From the NCBI GenBank assembly GCA_964187785.1, contig OZ076412.1, positions 33,916,001 to 33,980,000 on the forward strand: a stretch of DNA of 64,000 nt, read 5' to 3'. Position numbers and translations under genes: made by a program. Shown here piece by piece: positions 61,893 through 64,000 of this stretch. The stretch's first letter is position 1. Every line of letters starts with the position of its first letter. This stretch comes from Amphiscolops sp. MND2022. Lineage: Eukaryota. The notes beneath the pieces were generated by a model, which saw nothing but the letters and a program-made list of their open reading frames with translations, did no database searches and was not told where the DNA came from.

Positions 61893-62266
61893 GGTCTTGG
61901 AGTGAAAGCAATTGTATCCTAACGACGGTCTTGGAGTCCAACACCTCACGCAAGATTAAGAGTACAAGAATGTTCAACGACGGTCTTGGATTCTCACCTC
62001 ACGCACGATTGAACAGGGTTCGAGAACGGGTGCCACAACGGAGGTCTTGGAGTCACCTCACTCGCGATTGCAACGGTTTGTTCCAACGACTGTCTTGGAG
62101 TCCCACCTCACGCACGATTGGAACGCTTCAACGAAGGTCTTGGCGTTCCACCTCACTCACGATTGAAGCTAAGGATCTTGAAGAAGGTCTTGGAGTTCCA
62201 CCTCACTTACGGCAAAATCCTGTTCCGAAGTTATCTCAACACAAGGTCTTGGAGTTCCACCTCACT
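61893..62266 (+). repeat. Eight degenerate direct repeats (GGTCTTGGAGTTCCACCTCAC core) separated by variable sequence
   Basis: Cores start at 61893, 61927, 61982, 62043, 62091, 62136, 62186 and 62245 (spacing 34-61 bp). A further partial copy lies near 62513. Confidence 0.85.
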
Positions 62267-64000
62267 TGTAGCTGCAGATAAAAATCGCCGTCACAACAAT
62301 AAGTCAAACTGTTCTCTAGGTTGTAACTCACGGTGTGTGTCTCTGAATTGACACACACTTCGGCCAAAGTTACTTCTTCGGCACTTTAGTCATTTAAGTA
62401 TTCGTAATTTGTCATCTTTCCTTTTTGGGGGCCTGGCTAAGTGTTGAGCAAATCAGTTTTCCTTACTTCGGTACTGAAGATTCGTCAGAAGTACATTTTC
62501 TCATCACGAGTCGGTCCTGGTTCCACCTCCTTGTCAATCATGACTGGTGGTTTTACTTCGTTTTCAATAGAATTTAAGGGGCGGTGTTACTGACTCAGTT
62601 TTTCCCACTTTTGTAAGCACGACTTGAACTTCGGCTTACTGATTGACATTTGCACTTTTTGCCAGGTCTCTTTTTCCCACACGGTTCCTGACAACTCTCT
62701 CCAGCTAAATCTGGCTGAAGGAAATAATTCTTTACAATTTACAATGACCTAAAAGGCAAATTTATTTTATGTCCTGAAAAGTCGATTTTCGTGTTACACA
62801 TTCTAAGGGCAAAAACTAGGTGTTCCGATCACCGGGGGCTAAAACTAAGTACACCATTTGAAAAGGCATTCATAGGGCTACAAAAACGTTATACATCATT
62901 ATCTTTCTATTTCAACTCCTTTACGGTGAAAAACGCCCTTGAAATAAGGTAGTCAAAAATCACGTTTTGACATTTGCAAAACTCTCAACTTTGGAGGGCT
63001 CGTTCTCATTCAATTTGAAAGGTACAGGCTGGGGCCTATATACATCGTTAGCCCAAGCCATTAGAAGTATTTTGCACTTTAGATGAGGTATCTATCTTTT
63101 CTCAACAAAATTTGATAGCACTTTTTCTGAAAGTAGTTATTTTCCCGATTTTTATGTCTGGACTTTCAACTTTGGAGGCCAATATCTCAAAACCAGGGCA
63201 TTTTTTCGGAAAAACGCTTCTGCTAAACGCTGTGCGCATGGGTCTTGTACGTCTACCCTGAAAGTTTCAGCTCGATATCGCCCAAAACGTGCGGCGGGGG
63301 GGGTTAGCATTTTGGTAGGTCGACATCCCTATCGGCAGAAAGAAATCACAACTTTAAATTCTTGGGGGTTCTTCGCTAGCGCGCCGCAGCACTCTATTTA
63401 TTATTCTATTCACTCCTCCACTTCAATTCTCAAGTACGCTGTGAAGGGGTCGGCTATGGTGCGCTTACACGTTGAGTACTAAGCGATAACATGCGAAAAA
63501 CGGCTAATTTGGCCATTTTAGGGCTGTTTTTAACGTTTGCTGGCTCAGTTCTCAAAAACTACTGAATATTATTTACTTTCCATTTAGCACAAGTTAGGAT
63601 ATTCATTTATCTTTAATTTGAGCCATATCCGAACATTTTCTGACAATTGTAGCGATCACACGAAATTTTTAAATGAAACTCATTTTTGGAAAATCGCCAA
63701 ATTTTTACATGCACTTATTTTCAAAGCTTCCCCCCAATATGTTCTCGTCATCGCACGGGGCTCATATTCTCAACTTGAGCTCTCTTTCGGACGGGCTGTC
63801 GAATGCTGAAAACCGTTTGTTGATATCTTTTTCCATCTTCGAGAAATCGCGTTTTGATTTTTAATTTGCATTAAGAGGGGATAATTCCAAAGTGTGCGGC
63901 GGCCGTTTTCTTATTAGCTATGTGTACAGCCACTCACAGCGCGTTCTTAATTTCATTCCTTTCGCTTTCTGACACGCTTAGCTGAGTTGCATTCTATGCT

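Noticed and set aside
61893..62266. CRISPR array
   Set aside because: The repeats are degenerate, the period varies from 34 to 61 bp, there are no cas genes, and the context is eukaryotic retroelement DNA.
61350..62798. Solo LTR
   Set aside because: One end looks LTR-like (GTGTTACA), but no matching opposite end, TSD, PBS or PPT could be found. Left unannotated.
62800..64000. Non-autonomous DNA-transposon-like sequence (CAACTTTGGAGG repeated near 62987 and 63167)
   Set aside because: No terminal repeats or TSD can be defined within the window and it may continue past the edge, so the evidence is insufficient for a call.

Overview
AT-rich, repeat-dominated eukaryotic (probably invertebrate) DNA with no supportable host gene. 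Positions 1-~56,030 are a macrosatellite-like tandem array of about 20 or more monomers of ~1.6-2.0 kb, with higher-order blocks and more divergence toward the right end. By eye, the monomer looks like a heavily decayed non-LTR retrotransposon ORF2 (RT to C-terminus, minus strand) carrying a DINE-1/HINE-type (Helentron-associated) insertion. Five kinds of insertion are nested in the array. (1) A 396-bp TIR element with a 2-bp TSD. (2) A Penelope-like 155-bp palindrome with a tail, an 11-12-bp TSD and a minimal hammerhead-ribozyme-like motif, present in 3 adjacent monomers. (3) A young 6,026-bp BEL/Pao-derived LTR element with near-identical LTRs, a GAAAG TSD, a tRNA-Tyr-like PBS reiterated 4 times, and an open 976-codon ORF without recognisable enzyme motifs. 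(4) A second HINE-type element with 172-bp internal repeats. (5) An old, nearly full-length I/Jockey-group LINE. Right of the array lie ~2.3 kb of unassigned sequence, a decayed CR1/L2-group LINE, a truncated HINE related to the one in the monomer, and a short repeat-spacer-like cluster. All calls come from reading the sequence by eye; no alignments or database searches were run.
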